Assembly (NCBI GenBank): GCA_030390025.1
Contig: CM059431.1
Coordinates: 113,400,001-113,464,000, forward strand
Reading direction: 5' to 3'
Length of the DNA: 64,000 nt
Source: Squalus acanthias
Taxonomy: Eukaryota
A model generated the notes under the pieces. It was given only the letters and a program-made list of their open reading frames with translations, was not told where the DNA came from and made no database searches. Position 1 is the stretch's first letter. Each line of letters begins with the position of its first letter. The position numbers were made by a program, and so were the translations under genes. Below are positions 62,211 to 64,000 of this stretch, in pieces.

Positions 62211-64000
62211 ACATAGATACATAGATACATAGAAGATAGGAGCAGGAGTAGGCCATCCGGCCCTTCGAGCCTGCTCCGCCATTTAATGAGATCATGGCTG
62301 ATCCTCCAATTCAGTATCCCGTCCCCGCCTTCTCTCCGTAACCCTTAACCCCTTTTGCCTGTAGAAATATATCTAATTCCCTCTTAAATATATTTAATGA
62401 GCTGGCGTACACTGCCCTCTGTGGCAATGAGTTCCATAGGTTCACCACCCTCTGAGTGAAGAAATTCCCCCTCATTTCTGTCCTAAATGGTTTAGCCCTT
62501 ATCCTTAAATTATGTCCTCTAGTTCTGTTCTCACCCGCCAAGGGAAACATTCCTTCTGCATCTAGTCTGTCTAGACCTGTCAGAATTTTATACACTTCTA
62601 TGAGGTCCCCTCTCAATCTTCTAAACTCCAGTGTGTACATCCCTAAACTACATAGTCTCTCCTCATAGGTCAATCCCGCCATTCCTGGTATCAGCCTGGT
62701 GAATCGCCGCTGCACCCCCTCCATGGCAAGAACATCTTTCCTCAGATGAGGCGACCAAAACTGTACACAGTACTCGAGGTGTGGTCTCACCAGTGCCCTG
62801 TACAGCTGCAGCAAGGTATCCCTGTTCCTGTATTCCAACCCTTTTGCTATGAAGGCCAGCATACCGTTTGCCTTCTTGACCGCCTGTTGCACCTGCATGC
62901 TCGCCTTCAGTGACTGGTGTACAAGAACACCCAGGTCTCTCTGTACTTCCCCCTCTCCCAATTTATTGCCATTTAAATAATAATTTGCCCTCCCGTTCCT
63001 GCACCCAAGGTGGATAACTTCGCACTTGTCCACATTATAGTGCATCTGCCATTTATCCGCCCAATCACCCAGTCTGTCCAAATCGCTCTGGAGCTTCCTG
63101 GTCTCCTCCTCTGAGCCCACCCCCCCTCCTAGTTTAGTGTCGTCTGCAAATTTGGAAATGCTGCATCCGACTCCCTGATCCAGGTCATTAATGTAAATTG
63201 TGAACAGCTGGGGACCCAGGACAGATCCCTGCGGTACCCCACTTGTTACTGCCTGCCATTCAGAAAATGAGCCGTTTATTCCAACTCTCTGTTTTCTATC
63301 TGACAAAATTGAGAGGTCGCACAACACCAGGTTATAGTCCAACAGTTTTATTTGAAATCACAAGCTTTCGGAGCTATCACTCCTTCCTCAGGTGAAGTAA
63401 ATTGGATACAGAATCGCCAGAGCATATATAGATGGAAAAAAAAGCATGTGTACTTTACAATTGCAGACCAATAAATTAAATCATCCTGACTATCTGCCAA
63501 GGTGTGATAAAGTTAATTAAGTCAGCCAGGAAGGTACCACATCAAAAGACGTAGCAAGATACAACTGAGACAATGAGGTGTAGTCGCAGGGGTTCCAACG
63601 TGTCAAAAGCTGCCGTCTGTATGTAAAACGAAAAGCTTTAAAAAAAATTTACTTTTTTACTGGGAAAATTTTTACTTTTTTACTGGGAATCACATCTGTG
63701 AACAAGCTAACGATGACTCGAGTCCGGATCACGTCATGTATCGTGACATAAACCCAAGATCCCGATTGAGACCGTCTTCATGAGTTCGGAACTTGGCTAT
63801 CAGTTTCTGCTCGATGATTTTGCGTTGTCGTGTGTTTCTAAGGTTGCCTTGGAGAACTATCTGACAGCCAGTTCTCTATCCACGTCAATACTTTCCCCTT
63901 TATCCCATGAGCTTCAATTTTCCCTGCTAATCTTTTATGTGGGACCTTATCGAAGGCCTTTTGGAAGTCCAGGTACACCACATCTACTGGCTCTCCCCCA
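62211..64000 (-). mobile_element. Young CR1 (open ORF2 RT half), interrupted by Penelope, runs off the window end
   Basis: About 330 uninterrupted codons at 62311-63305; DVVYLDFQKAFDKVPH..WIENWLSD continues at 63857-64000; (ACATAGAT)n tail. Confidence 0.94.
63306..63856 (-). mobile_element. 5'-truncated Penelope-like element: GIY-YIG C-terminus, 3'UTR and hammerhead (63358-63395)
   Basis: VLQGNLRNTRQRKIIEQKLIAKFRTHEDGLNRDLGFMSRYMT* (63856-63729); 10-bp TSD CTATCTGACA; UCAC-CUGAGGA-A-GGAGU GAUA GCUCC-GAAA-GC-UU-GUGA. Confidence 0.9.

Noticed and set aside
62311..63342. 343-aa ORF as a host or fusion gene
   Set aside because: CR1 ORF2 fragment; the first residues come from the adjacent Penelope insert.

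Overview
Vertebrate nuclear DNA, most likely a shark or other cartilaginous fish (inferred from the repeat content). One host gene is present: a complete endothelin receptor type B (EDNRB) on the minus strand. It has 7 coding exons (38814 to 3070; 459+113+205+150+134+109+153 = 1323 nt, 440 aa), all GT-AG and in phase, plus a probable non-coding first exon and promoter near 39.5-39.7 kb. The rest is dense, often nested transposon sequence: CR1, L2 and RTE LINE fragments, DeuSINE-type SINEs, hAT and pogo/Tigger-like MITEs, a 926-bp solo LTR, a decayed two-gene PIF/Harbinger element (HARBI1-like transposase plus spliced Myb/SANT gene) with several non-autonomous derivatives, and Penelope-like (PLE) inserts. 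Three observations stand out. (i) At least seven minimal type-I hammerhead ribozyme motifs with covarying stems lie in PLE-derived inserts; most have 10-15 bp TSDs, and some are near-perfect fold-backs inside EDNRB introns. (ii) The receptor shows charge-removing changes at ligand-pocket positions (human N158T, K346M, D368N equivalents). (iii) Harbinger MITEs carry face-to-face consensus splice donors. Comparisons with human/avian proteins and named repeat families are from memory and need database confirmation.
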